From: an uncultured virus (IMG/VR IMGVR_UViG_3300043409_001074)
Lineage: Duplodnaviria; Heunggongvirae; Uroviricota; Caudoviricetes
Strand: one strand, 5' to 3'
Virus record (IMG/VR): IMGVR_UViG_3300043409_001074
Length of the DNA: 64,000 nucleotides
The notes below the pieces were generated by a model. The model worked only from the letters and a program-made list of their open reading frames with translations. It was not told where the DNA came from and did no database searches. How positions within the stretch are numbered: the stretch's first letter is position 1; the number at the start of each line of letters is the position of its first letter. Made by a program: the position numbers and the translations under genes. Below are positions 9,334-18,399 of the stretch, piece by piece.

Positions 9334-9415
9334 AATATTTACTCCATTTTCCCTAGCAACGAATCTAGGCGTAATCCATACCGGAGTCAATAGGCTGGCA
9401 TGGAAAGAGTCAGGA

Positions 9416-9547
9416 TTAGCGTGACGCTAATCCGATTGCTTCCGCTTGTGCCCGTGCATATATTTCGGGCTTGTCCCACATTCCACGCGCCGCATTATCC
9501 ATTATGATCAGTAGATTAACAAACCGCAATTCCAATTCCATTACCAT
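9416..9547 (-). CDS. small hypothetical protein (43 aa)
   Basis: MVMELELRFVNLL...; promoter TTGACA(9596)-N17-TAATCT(9573). Confidence 0.5.
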   Translation of the reverse strand: MVMELELRFVNLLIIMDNAARGMWDKPEIYARAQAEAIGLASR

Positions 9548-10291
9548 GCTCCGTTCCTATGGATCATAGATTAGGCGAACCGGGCCGGAATGTCAAGCGG
9601 GAAAAAATGGTCATTCCCGTTTTTTCTTTCCTGCCCGACCCGTCAGCCCTTCCGTTTCCATGACCCGTTTGTAGTCGATTCATTCGATCCGGTCAATCGC
9701 AATCGTGCCGATTCGGCCCAATCTTTTTCTTGGGATTCGTCTCAATTTCCGATTGTCCGTCTATCTTTAATTTGAGACTCAATGGTCGCCTTCGCCGTAG
9801 TGCGCTGTCAGCCCCTCGTTCTATTTAAGAGTGTATCAGGTCCGAATCAGGAAAGCAACGTCTAATTTCTAGTTTTTTAATTTTCTTTTCCTGCTATTTT
9901 CCTATTGACTCTGGACTGGATTCTGATAGAATCGCTATATCAGACTAGTGGCGGGGGCCTGGCACGGCGAAGACGACTATATATCCTCATTTTTTAGATT
10001 GTCTCATAACAGTAGAATTGACGGGATTCCGCTTATCGGCAGGTTATCGGCAGGCTATCGGCAGAGGGTAGGCGATATCATCCAAGCCCCTAGGATCGTT
10101 CCCTAGGCCAGTCTGATCATGGGCCGCCAGGGCAGTGACCGAAACCATATAAAACCCGTCCTGAACGATCCTAGCAGCCCTAGCGGCAATTTCGCATATT
10201 TTTTGTTAGGTGTGAATCATCGCTTGAAATCTCTGATCAATGCGCCTACATTCCGAATCGCGGAAACGCAATGACATAAAGGATTCGTAAT

Positions 10292-11794
10292 ATGTCGGTT
10301 TTCATTCCTTCGACTCAACAGTCTGCCATTTTCGAATCGACCGGCAACATCATTATTGGCGCTGTTGCCGGTAGCGGTAAGACAACGACTCTTATCAATC
10401 TGTTGCCCTATTTGAAGGGCACCGTTGCGCTTATGGCGTTCGGTAAAAATATCGCCGCCGAGATTCGCGCGAAAGTAGCCAAACTGGATTCGAGTGTGAC
10501 GGAACGAGTCACCGTGGGAACATTCCATTCCTTCGGGTATGCCGCCGTCCGTGCGGTATACAAGCGGACGAAAGTTGAAGGCAAGAAATGCCAGATTCTT
10601 GCGGAACGGATTCAGATTCCTGCCGAACATGTTGCTTTCGCCATCGCAACGGTTGGCAAGGCAAAAAACACGGGTCTCGGCGCCTTGTCACCATTTAATG
10701 ACAAACTGGCATGGTACAGCCTTGTGGATCATTTTGACCTTGCGGATTCGCTTCCTGACGATGGTAGCGTTCCGCTTGAGTCTGCCCTACGTTCCGCTTG
10801 CCTGTTGCTGAAAGCGAGTAATGCCGCTTGTGATGAATTCATTGATTTCGATGATCAAATATACATTCCGATACTGCAAGGCTTGCGGGTTTGGCAGTAT
10901 GACAATGTTTTGCCGGATGAAGCGCAGGATACCAATGCCACAAGGCTTGCGCTGGCCAAGGCGATGCTTCGCGCGGGCGGGCGTATGATCGCGGTAGGCG
11001 ATGATCGTCAAGCCATTATGGGCTTTTCTGGCGCCGATGCTGACTCCATGGCGAATATCAAGGCGCAATTCAACGCCAAGGAATACCCGCTTACAGTGTC
11101 CTACCGTTGCCCGAAAAATGTCGTTCTGGATGCACAACAATGGGTTTCACACATTGAATCCCATGAGTCTGCCGCCGATGGTATCGTTTCGCATATTACT
11201 AATAAGGAATTTAACGATACGTTCGCCATGGATTTGACCTATGCCGATGCAATCCTATGTCGGAATACTATGCCGCTGATCACAATGGCGTATAATCTAA
11301 TTGGGCGCGGCGTAGGTTGTCAAATTGAAGGTAAAGATATTGCAACGGGCTTAGTTAAGCTGGCCACGCGCTGGCGCCGCGTAAAGACCATAAAGACTCT
11401 GCGTGATCGGCTGGAATCGTGGCTGGAAACCGAAACAACAAAGGCACTCGCGAAAGGTAACGAGAATCGCGCTGCGACGGTTAATGATCAAGCCGAGTGC
11501 CTGTTTGTTATCATGGCACAACTTTCCGATGATGATACAGTTGACTCGTTGAAGACTCGAATCGTCGCCTTGTTCGGTGATACGCCGGCCGGGGAACGTC
11601 CCAAGGTTGTTACACTGTCAACGATTCATAAGAGCAAGGGCCGGGAATGGTCGCGCGTGTTTATTTACGGGAAAGAAACATATCAGCCGTCAAAGTATGC
11701 CCGGCAGGACTGGCAAATACTACAAGAAATGAATCTTATGTATGTGGCCGCTACTCGGGCCATGGCTGAATTGCACTATGTTTCAGTGACGTAA
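10292..11794 (+). CDS. UvrD/Rep-like superfamily 1 helicase
   Basis: AVAGSGKTT Walker A, DEAQD, GDDRQAI, SYRC, TIHKSKGREW and YVAATRA motifs; promoter TTGAAA-N17-TACATT at 10224-10252. Confidence 0.92.
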   Translation: MSVFIPSTQQSAIFESTGNIIIGAVAGSGKTTTLINLLPYLKGTVALMAFGKNIAAEIRAKVAKLDSSVTERVTVGTFHSFGYAAVRAVYKRTKVEGKKCQILAERIQIPAEHVAFAIATVGKAKNTGLGALSPFNDKLAWYSLVDHFDLADSLPDDGSVPLESALRSACLLLKASNAACDEFIDFDDQIYIPILQGLRVWQYDNVLPDEAQDTNATRLALAKAMLRAGGRMIAVGDDRQAIMGFSGADADSMANIKAQFNAKEYPLTVSYRCPKNVVLDAQQWVSHIESHESAADGIVSHITNKEFNDTFAMDLTYADAILCRNTMPLITMAYNLIGRGVGCQIEGKDIATGLVKLATRWRRVKTIKTLRDRLESWLETETTKALAKGNENRAATVNDQAECLFVIMAQLSDDDTVDSLKTRIVALFGDTPAGERPKVVTLSTIHKSKGREWSRVFIYGKETYQPSKYARQDWQILQEMNLMYVAATRAMAELHYVSVT

Positions 11795-11814
11795 CGATCT
11801 GATAGCGTAACATT

Positions 11815-11854
11815 GCGGCGGCGGATCGTTTCGGTCTAGCCGCCGTTTCTATTT
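11815..11854 (+). terminator. probable intrinsic terminator
   Basis: GC-rich GCGGCGGC...GCCGCCGT hairpin followed by a T-rich tract. Confidence 0.55.
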
Positions 11855-12084
11855 GCGCTCCCATTGATACGATATGGCAATGATACGATATGTCAACGAT
11901 AATAATGTTTTACTTGCGAAATGAAACTATAATCGTTTCGGTTACGAAAGTGTAACGATACGACGGCGCAACGGACAATATTCCTATTCTAGAAAAGTTA
12001 GCGGCACTTTAGGAATAAATTCCTTGTGGGGACCCCGGCCCCCTTTAGCGGTTTTTAATTCGAGATCATTCATTATTCATTCAT

Positions 12085-12141
12085 GTAAAAAAATTTCCAG
12101 TAAAAAAATTTCCAGTAAAAAAATTTCCAGTAAAAAAATTT
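12085..12141. repeat. 15-bp tandem A-tract repeat (GTAAAAAAATTTCCA about 3.7 times)
   Basis: Direct reading. Confidence 0.9.
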
Positions 12142-12231
12142 TTCGCCAATAAAAAAATTTCTAATATACTAAATTTTCGAGTTCCTTGTTTTTATTCATA
12201 TCGTATAATACATTTCATGTTAGTCCATTTA

Positions 12232-12642
12232 TTATCTCTGTGGACCAAGAATTAGATTTAGAAGTTTTTCATGAGCTTCTTCTTTAGTTTCTTTTTTAAT
12301 TTCTTTATCAGTTAATACAAATTCATGGGTATTTCTATTAAAACTATGATATGTTTCCTTATAGATATCCGGCCATGCAATAGTATTATTATTTGTATTA
12401 ATTACTCCCCGCAATAGGATTTCGTCTACAATGAAATCTGGCACCACGGAATCATCATTGTATAATCTGGCTAATAGATTATCTTCTCCTAGCTCATATG
12501 GGATAGATAAAGTTTTAATTGTTGTAGTTAATGTATAATAGCGTTCATTAAATGTAGTTTCACTTTTTTCTGATACAGTAAATGTTGTTTCTGTATCAAT
12601 AAAAACTTGTTTTAATATATCATATGTTACATTATATCCCAT
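12232..12642 (-). CDS. hypothetical protein
   Basis: ORF coupled to its upstream neighbour. Confidence 0.7.
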   Translation of the reverse strand: MGYNVTYDILKQVFIDTETTFTVSEKSETTFNERYYTLTTTIKTLSIPYELGEDNLLARLYNDDSVVPDFIVDEILLRGVINTNNNTIAWPDIYKETYHSFNRNTHEFVLTDKEIKKETKEEAHEKLLNLILGPQR

Positions 12643-12974
12643 TATTCAGTATCCTTTTCTTTTCCATTATTAGGTAGCATATTCTGATTAAAGAAAAAGA
12701 AATAATACAATAGAACAATTGGCGCATTCCATTTATAATTTCTTTCTTTCAGATATTCCTCATAGATATCCTTAATATATTGTGGTATGTTATTGTATGA
12801 GTAAAAGATATTAATTAGGTTTAGACTAATATCCTCTATTGATTTGAATGACGTAATTTTACCAGTTGTCTCCTCAATAGCCAATAGATTATCATTGCCG
12901 GTGTCTTCATCAAAATGTTCTTGTAGGGCGGCGATGATTTCTTCTTTTGTATAATATTTGGTATTATTATCCAT
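12642..12974 (-). CDS. hypothetical protein
   Basis: TAAGGA RBS. Confidence 0.7.
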   Translation of the reverse strand: MDNNTKYYTKEEIIAALQEHFDEDTGNDNLLAIEETTGKITSFKSIEDISLNLINIFYSYNNIPQYIKDIYEEYLKERNYKWNAPIVLLYYFFFFNQNMLPNNGKEKDTE

Positions 12975-12991
12975 TATTTATTATCCTTATA

Positions 12992-13245
12992 TTAAATTTT
13001 AACATATGTAGTAACTGTTATTTCCTTGGGAGCAACCTGATAAACTTCAATATCTTCATTTCCATTATCTTGATATTCAGTGGCGCCTCTTGACCAATGA
13101 ATTTCCCAATATGTGTCATTAATTATATATCAAATGTTATTAATGTTGGTCCAATTCTATACCCATTCATAGAATATAAACCTAGACAAATACTTATAAT
13201 TGATATCTGAAAATATAATACTGCCGGCCAATATTCCCTGATCAT
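12992..13245 (-). pseudogene. probable decayed small gene
   Basis: Protein-like frame ...YWEIHWSRGATEYQDNGNEDIEVYQVAPKEITVTTYVKI* with in-frame TAG and TGA upstream. Confidence 0.35.
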
Positions 13246-13246
13246 A

Positions 13247-13525
13247 TTAGTTCATTCCTCTACTCTTATACAATTCCCACTCAATGAGAAAGTATAGTTT
13301 AGTTGCCCTAGAATTATACTTGATAGAGTGTCTATTGTAACCTAGCCAATCCTTAAATACTTCATATTTGTTAGTATCCAAACTATTACCAATTTCTATA
13401 AAATAACGCTCCGGATTATAATACTTATTATTGATCAGTAATTTTTCCCTTACCTCACCATCACTAGTAAAGATTTCCCCAATCTCCCCGAATATTAAAT
13501 CGTAATTAGCTGGTGGATTACTCAT
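13247..13525 (-). CDS. hypothetical protein
   Basis: ORF with GGAG RBS. Confidence 0.7.
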   Translation of the reverse strand: MSNPPANYDLIFGEIGEIFTSDGEVREKLLINNKYYNPERYFIEIGNSLDTNKYEVFKDWLGYNRHSIKYNSRATKLYFLIEWELYKSRGMN

Positions 13526-13988
13526 TGCGAGACTCCATTACTTCAATTTTATGTTTCAATATACCCAATACTTTCTTTGAATTATGATATTCCTTATCAA
13601 CTAAATCATTTAAGAATGCCTGAATTTCCTCCATAGTCAAGTCTGGAAAATAATTACCACTAGAATCGAAAATATCATCCACCTTCTCAATACTAGGCTT
13701 ACTAATATTTTCCCAGGATAATACTGTAAGTCTATTAACTGGAAGATATGTCGCTCTCATGAGAAACAAAATTCGTTCAAATTCTTCCTCAGAATTTACA
13801 GATTTACGTAATTGATCCATAAATTCTGGATAAGTTTTACTATCATCCCCCATCATATCATCAGGAATTCTGATTGTATGATATTTCCATTTTTTACCAG
13901 CATAATCAGTTTTATACCCCATAGTCTTAGTCACTTTAATTTTATTTAAAATAGCATCCAACATATCAAATGTCAATTTTTTACTCAT
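13518..13988 (-). CDS. hypothetical protein (paralog of next ORF)
   Basis: GGAG RBS, starts MSKKLTFD. Confidence 0.7.
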   Translation of the reverse strand: MSKKLTFDMLDAILNKIKVTKTMGYKTDYAGKKWKYHTIRIPDDMMGDDSKTYPEFMDQLRKSVNSEEEFERILFLMRATYLPVNRLTVLSWENISKPSIEKVDDIFDSSGNYFPDLTMEEIQAFLNDLVDKEYHNSKKVLGILKHKIEVMESRNE

Positions 13989-14349
13989 TATAATATTCTC
14001 CAATTATTTCGCTTTACTTTAACGTTTATTATAACTCAAAAATAGGCGCGTGCAATCTGTGTTATATTTAATTTCATTTTTTCTGACATATTCTCTAAGT
14101 TTGATAGTGTTATCATCTAAATTATCAATGAACCATAGAATGACATTTATATCTAAATATTCATAAAAATTACCATTCACATCAAATATGTCATCTAATG
14201 ATTTTAATGTCATCAATTTTTTACTAGCATAATCAGTTTTATACCCCATAGTCTTAGTCACTTTAATTTTATTTAAAATAGCATCCAACATATCAAATGT
14301 CAATTTTTTACTCATTATAATATTCTCCAATTATTTCGCTTTACTTTAA
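13899..14349. repeat. 124-bp direct repeat (13899-14022 and 14226-14349)
   Basis: Identical RBS and N-terminal coding segment in two adjacent genes. Confidence 0.9.
14019..14315 (-). CDS. hypothetical protein (paralog of previous ORF)
   Basis: Shares about 30 N-terminal residues with its neighbour. Confidence 0.65.
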   Translation of the reverse strand: MSKKLTFDMLDAILNKIKVTKTMGYKTDYASKKLMTLKSLDDIFDVNGNFYEYLDINVILWFIDNLDDNTIKLREYVRKNEIKYNTDCTRLFLSYNKR

Positions 14350-14537
14350 AGTTTATTATTAACAGATTTTTCAACATATAAAGTTGATATTACAATAATA
14401 TTGATTACACCTAGTATTATCAGTCCCCAACCAATATCATTCGTTACAACGATACTTTGATAAATGCTCATACTAATTCCTGCCGTGAAAATAGTCAAAC
14501 ATAGTCCGTAAATTACATTAATAACCGCATATTTCAT
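14346..14537 (-). CDS. small 2-TM membrane protein
   Basis: Two hydrophobic segments. Confidence 0.65.
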   Translation of the reverse strand: MKYAVINVIYGLCLTIFTAGISMSIYQSIVVTNDIGWGLIILGVINIIVISTLYVEKSVNNKL

Positions 14538-14569
14538 TTCTGTTCATCCTGTCAATTTAATATAGACAC

Positions 14570-14660
14570 ATCCTACTCCATAGACCACATGGAGTCAAGT
14601 AAAAAAAATCATTCAGGATGAAAAATAGTTCTTGACAAACTGAATTTATGTTGGTATACT
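14570..14660. promoter_or_regulatory. divergent sigma70-like promoter pair
   Basis: Minus: TTGACT(14598)-N17-TAGGAT; plus: TTGACA(14632)-N17-TATACT. Confidence 0.7.
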
Positions 14661-14715
14661 CTGTATGTCAGTTTAGACAGGGATAATAGTTACTATAGAG
14701 AGGAAATTAATTATT

Positions 14716-15144
14716 ATGAGAGTGAACATTGGTCCATATAGAAATGGCATTAAGGATAAACGACCACGATTAGAATCTGTTAGGATTGACTCATATGATA
14801 TCTGGAATGCTGATCACACCTTATCATTGATCATTCATCCTCTCCTGGTTAAGATCAGGGAACATAAACAGGGTGTTCCAATGGTGGAGGATGATGATTT
14901 ACCTATTGAGATTGTATCTAAATATCCCTATGATATTAATGGGTCTATTGATGATATGATCATTCGCTGGGAATATGTTCTGGATGAAATGATTTGGACC
15001 TTTGACATGATATCTAATAAGGAAGATACTATAGGATATAATGATAAGGGTGCATTGGATATGGAATTACATAATAAGACTTGGGAACGTATTAATAATG
15101 GGACTAGGTTATTTGGTAAATATTTTTCAGCATTATGGACATAA
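14716..15144 (+). CDS. conserved hypothetical T4-like phage protein
   Basis: GAGGA RBS; D(I)WNADHTLS and RWEYVLDEMIWTF motifs. Confidence 0.8.
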   Translation: MRVNIGPYRNGIKDKRPRLESVRIDSYDIWNADHTLSLIIHPLLVKIREHKQGVPMVEDDDLPIEIVSKYPYDINGSIDDMIIRWEYVLDEMIWTFDMISNKEDTIGYNDKGALDMELHNKTWERINNGTRLFGKYFSALWT

Positions 15145-15156
15145 AGGAATATAAAT

Positions 15157-15735
15157 ATGCATGAACAAAGTAAGTCTGCCAAGCGCAGATACAATGACGG
15201 TCAATTTCACACTAAGTATTTTAGAGGGTCTGGAATTGATGTAGGGGCGGGAAATGATACATTAGGTAATCATATTAATCATTTTCCCTCAATCACTTCT
15301 GTTAAAGGCTGGGACATGCCTGATGGGGATGCTCAATATTTGGTTACTGTTCCAGATAATACCTATGATTTTCTTCATTCCAGTCATTGTCTAGAGCATA
15401 TGGAGGATTATGGAGTAGCTTTATATAATTGGATTAGGGTTGTTAAGTCTGGTGGGTATTTGGTTATTTCTATTCCAGAAGAAACAATGTATGAGCATGA
15501 TACATGGCCATCTAAATTCAATTCTGATCATAAATGGTCATTTACATTAGGTAAGGAATTAAAACTACCTAGAAGTGTAAATGTATTGGAAATGATTAAG
15601 AAGGTCAATCATATGGCTGTTCCCCAGAAAATTGAAATTATTGATGAATTCTATTTTTCTTATGGGGGAGATTTCGATCAGACATTGCTTCCTAATGCGG
15701 AATGTTGTATTGAAATCATTCTTAGGAAGATTTAA
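15157..15735 (+). CDS. SAM-dependent methyltransferase
   Basis: IDVGAG, YDFLHSSHCLEH and RVVKSGGYL motifs. Confidence 0.85.
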   Translation: MHEQSKSAKRRYNDGQFHTKYFRGSGIDVGAGNDTLGNHINHFPSITSVKGWDMPDGDAQYLVTVPDNTYDFLHSSHCLEHMEDYGVALYNWIRVVKSGGYLVISIPEETMYEHDTWPSKFNSDHKWSFTLGKELKLPRSVNVLEMIKKVNHMAVPQKIEIIDEFYFSYGGDFDQTLLPNAECCIEIILRKI

Positions 15736-15737
15736 TT

Positions 15738-16574
15738 ATGAGTAATAGAAATATAGGAATTATTCAGGTTCGTGGAATAGGTGATGCTATTATTGCTTTA
15801 CCTATTGCCGAATTTTATTCTAGGCAGGAAGATACTACGGTATGTTTTGCATTAGACGATAGATTTGTTGATAGTTTTCAGGAAGCCGCGCCTTATTGTA
15901 AATTCATACCTGTTCCATTTTCATCATTTAAACCAGAATATGGTATCAATAATGAATATTGGTATGAGTTACCTAAGAATTTATTATATGATGCTGGTTG
16001 TAATGAGATTATATCATTTCCATTTCATGAATCTCATTTATTGAGTCGTGCCACTGATATTGAGCGCAAATCACCAGAGTTTGATCAATTGATGAATAGG
16101 TTACGTGGTGATTATGAATCTAGAATTACTAATTTAGGTTTATATAATCACTTGAAATTTGATGAATACAAGTATGCCACGGCTAAGGTTCCATTCAATA
16201 ATAAATGGAAATTAAATATTCATCGTAATTCTGCTAGAGAATTAGAATTGTATAATAAAATGGTAACTAATCCAAATAAAAAGACAGTTGTTTGTCATTT
16301 AGAGGGAAGTGATACTAAATTGAGTTCTAGTAGTTTTAATTTTGATCCGAATGAGTATGATATTATTGAGGTTAAGGATGGAATTACGAATAATATATTT
16401 GATTGGTTATTGGTATTTGAGCGGGCGGATGTAATTATCACATTAGATTCTGTATTTTGTAATCTCATTGAGCAATTGAATTTTACCAATAATAAATTTT
16501 TCATTAAGAGAAGTTCAGTATTCATGACTCCTGTATTGATGAACAATTGGAATTATGTTGAAGTTCGGAATTAG
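15738..16574 (+). CDS. glycosyltransferase-like protein (GT9/heptosyltransferase-like)
   Basis: RGIGDAIIALP at the N-terminus, ITLDS near the C-terminus. Confidence 0.65.
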   Translation: MSNRNIGIIQVRGIGDAIIALPIAEFYSRQEDTTVCFALDDRFVDSFQEAAPYCKFIPVPFSSFKPEYGINNEYWYELPKNLLYDAGCNEIISFPFHESHLLSRATDIERKSPEFDQLMNRLRGDYESRITNLGLYNHLKFDEYKYATAKVPFNNKWKLNIHRNSARELELYNKMVTNPNKKTVVCHLEGSDTKLSSSSFNFDPNEYDIIEVKDGITNNIFDWLLVFERADVIITLDSVFCNLIEQLNFTNNKFFIKRSSVFMTPVLMNNWNYVEVRN

Positions 16575-16617
16575 CATAAATATATAATATTATTATTAAA
16601 TTAATAGGTGTATATTT

Positions 16618-17232
16618 ATGATTAGTTTTAAAAATTTCCTTAAAGAAGATAAAGATAAGAAAGAAACTTATACAGCCTCTTGGTCTGGTAGAGAGGGGAC
16701 GTATGATCCTAATTATATGTCCAAGAAAGATGATCATTTAACTAACGAAGATGGTAAAGTGATAGCATCTAAGCACATTCTAGTTCCCAAAGAACATGCC
16801 CAAGAAAGGGCACCTATAGAGCATTCTCCAAATACAATGTATAGGGGAATGTCTCATGATGAATATCATAATTTTAAAAAGACTGGTGAAATAAAGAGTG
16901 ATGGAAGTTATAATTTTGACGTTCAGAAAGGGTTAACTTATTTCACCAGCGATCATCATGCAGCAGAGTCTTATGCTAATAGTTTTGCCCCAGAAAAACA
17001 TAAACCAACATGGGGTAAACATGCATATATTGTTGCTGCCCATAGAGTAGATGATAAAGATACCAAACATATTAAAGGTGTTAGTGAACATGAAATAGGT
17101 GTTACTCGGCCAGTTAAAAAACACGAAGTAACGGCGGTGTATAGAGGAAAAGTTATTGGGTATGATCCAGGAGAAAAAGACAGAATAGCTCCACATGCCA
17201 GATTACATTGGGAGAAAATTAATCATGATTAG
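16618..17232 (+). CDS. putative internal head protein, ADP-ribosyltransferase-like fold
   Basis: MISFKNFLKE leader; MYRGMS...YFTS...EHE. Confidence 0.55.
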   Translation: MISFKNFLKEDKDKKETYTASWSGREGTYDPNYMSKKDDHLTNEDGKVIASKHILVPKEHAQERAPIEHSPNTMYRGMSHDEYHNFKKTGEIKSDGSYNFDVQKGLTYFTSDHHAAESYANSFAPEKHKPTWGKHAYIVAAHRVDDKDTKHIKGVSEHEIGVTRPVKKHEVTAVYRGKVIGYDPGEKDRIAPHARLHWEKINHD

Positions 17233-17950
17233 TTTTAAAAATTTCCTTAAAGAATCTCAATGGATGTATCATGGTTCAGTTGAACCTAATTTAAATACTA
17301 TTCAAGCTAATAAGACAGATTATGGCACCATTGATTCTAGAATCGGTGCCCATTTTGCTGCCGATCCAGAAATATCTAGAAAATTTGCCAAGGGATTATA
17401 TAAAAAAACAAATTCCGCTGGTAATAGTAATGGAGCAGTTTATAAAACTAAATCATTAAAACGATCAGAACTACATGTAATTCCACAAAAAACGGATAAA
17501 TGGTCTGGGCAAAAAGAAAGTGATCAACATGCGGTCGCTGCTCATGTATTATCTACTGTTCTTAGTCATCCTAAACATAAAGAAATGTTTAAAACTTGGG
17601 TTACGAAATTCCACCATGTTAATGATAAAACGGCAGATGAAATTCATGATCATTTATCAAAAGGTAAAGCCCCAGTAGATAAGGAAAAGTTTGGTATGGC
17701 GGCGCATGAAGGCAATTCATTTAAATCTTATTTTAAGAGTTTTGATAGTGAAGATATGTATGAACCGGAAAAAGGATTTAGTGAAAAGTTAATTAGTCAT
17801 TATCATGATATTATGAAGGCCAAGGGTAAGAAGGGATTGGTATATCAGAATACCGCACCAAAGGAAAAAGAAGGTGTTAGATCAACGAAAAATTATATTG
17901 TGTTTGAGCCAGAAAACCTAAAAATAGAAAAACATGAGGAAATGAAATAA
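17225..17950 (+). CDS. putative internal head protein, ART-like
   Basis: MISFKNFLKE leader; YHGS...GAHFAAD...GAVY...YIVFEP. Confidence 0.6.
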   Translation: MISFKNFLKESQWMYHGSVEPNLNTIQANKTDYGTIDSRIGAHFAADPEISRKFAKGLYKKTNSAGNSNGAVYKTKSLKRSELHVIPQKTDKWSGQKESDQHAVAAHVLSTVLSHPKHKEMFKTWVTKFHHVNDKTADEIHDHLSKGKAPVDKEKFGMAAHEGNSFKSYFKSFDSEDMYEPEKGFSEKLISHYHDIMKAKGKKGLVYQNTAPKEKEGVRSTKNYIVFEPENLKIEKHEEMK

Positions 17951-18399
17951 TGACACCAACAACAATATCATCATTTAATAATTTTCTCTATTTACATAAT
18001 TTATATAAATTACCTGTTGATGAGAAATTTGATATAATTGAAGACATGGTAACAAATTTATCTGAAAATTCAAATGTTGATCCAGAAATAATTTGGGCGG
18101 ATTTTGAGAATGTTGATGATGATGAATTATTTGAAAGTGCTGCATGGCAACGTAAGGAAGGTAAGAGTGAATCTGGTGGATTGAATAAGAAAGGTGTTGA
18201 TAGTTATAGACGAGAAAATCCTGGTTCTAAATTACAAATGGCTGTAACAACTAAACCAAGTAAATTGAAGAAAGACTCTAAGGCTTATAATAGAAGAAAA
18301 TCATTTTGTGCTAGAATGTCTGGCGTTAAAGGTCCAATGAGGAAACCTAATGGTGAACCTACTAGAAAAGCACTAGCTCTTAGAAAGTGGAATTGCTAA
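17950..18399 (+). CDS. conserved T4-like virion-associated basic protein
   Basis: AAWQRKEGK...GGLN...RRKSFCARM...ALRKWNC motif seen in marine T4-like phages. Confidence 0.75.
   Translation: MTPTTISSFNNFLYLHNLYKLPVDEKFDIIEDMVTNLSENSNVDPEIIWADFENVDDDELFESAAWQRKEGKSESGGLNKKGVDSYRRENPGSKLQMAVTTKPSKLKKDSKAYNRRKSFCARMSGVKGPMRKPNGEPTRKALALRKWNC

Larger units (their letters stand above)
3759..9411 (-). repeat. dispersed promoter/stem-loop cassette repeat, 12 copies (-10 boxes at about 3769, 5029, 5811, 6065, 6447, 6735, 7167, 7534, 8100, 8544, 8866, 9362)
   Basis: Minus-strand TTGACTC -35 with a 17-nt spacer and TAGATT/TAAATT/TAGGTT/TAGTTT -10; -35 box lies in the loop of a 6-12 bp inverted repeat. 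Confidence 0.9.

Noticed and set aside
5777..9390. ORF-track starts at 5839, 8894 and 9390 (MTQV/MTPV N-termini) suggesting a shared leader peptide
   Set aside because: These are the TTG of the -35 box; real starts follow the RBS downstream of the promoter.
3759..9411. Cassette repeats as a CRISPR array or integron attC array
   Set aside because: The intervals are whole genes of variable length, no cas or integrase gene is in the window, no convincing RYYYAAC/GTTRRRY ends, and the repeats match sigma70 promoters.
10217..11237. Several ORFs overlapping the helicase
   Set aside because: Shadow frames of a GC-rich gene with clear SF1 motifs.
12992..13245. Stop-codon reassignment suggested by in-frame TAG and TGA
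   Set aside because: All core genes read intact in the standard code, and no suppressor tRNA was seen.
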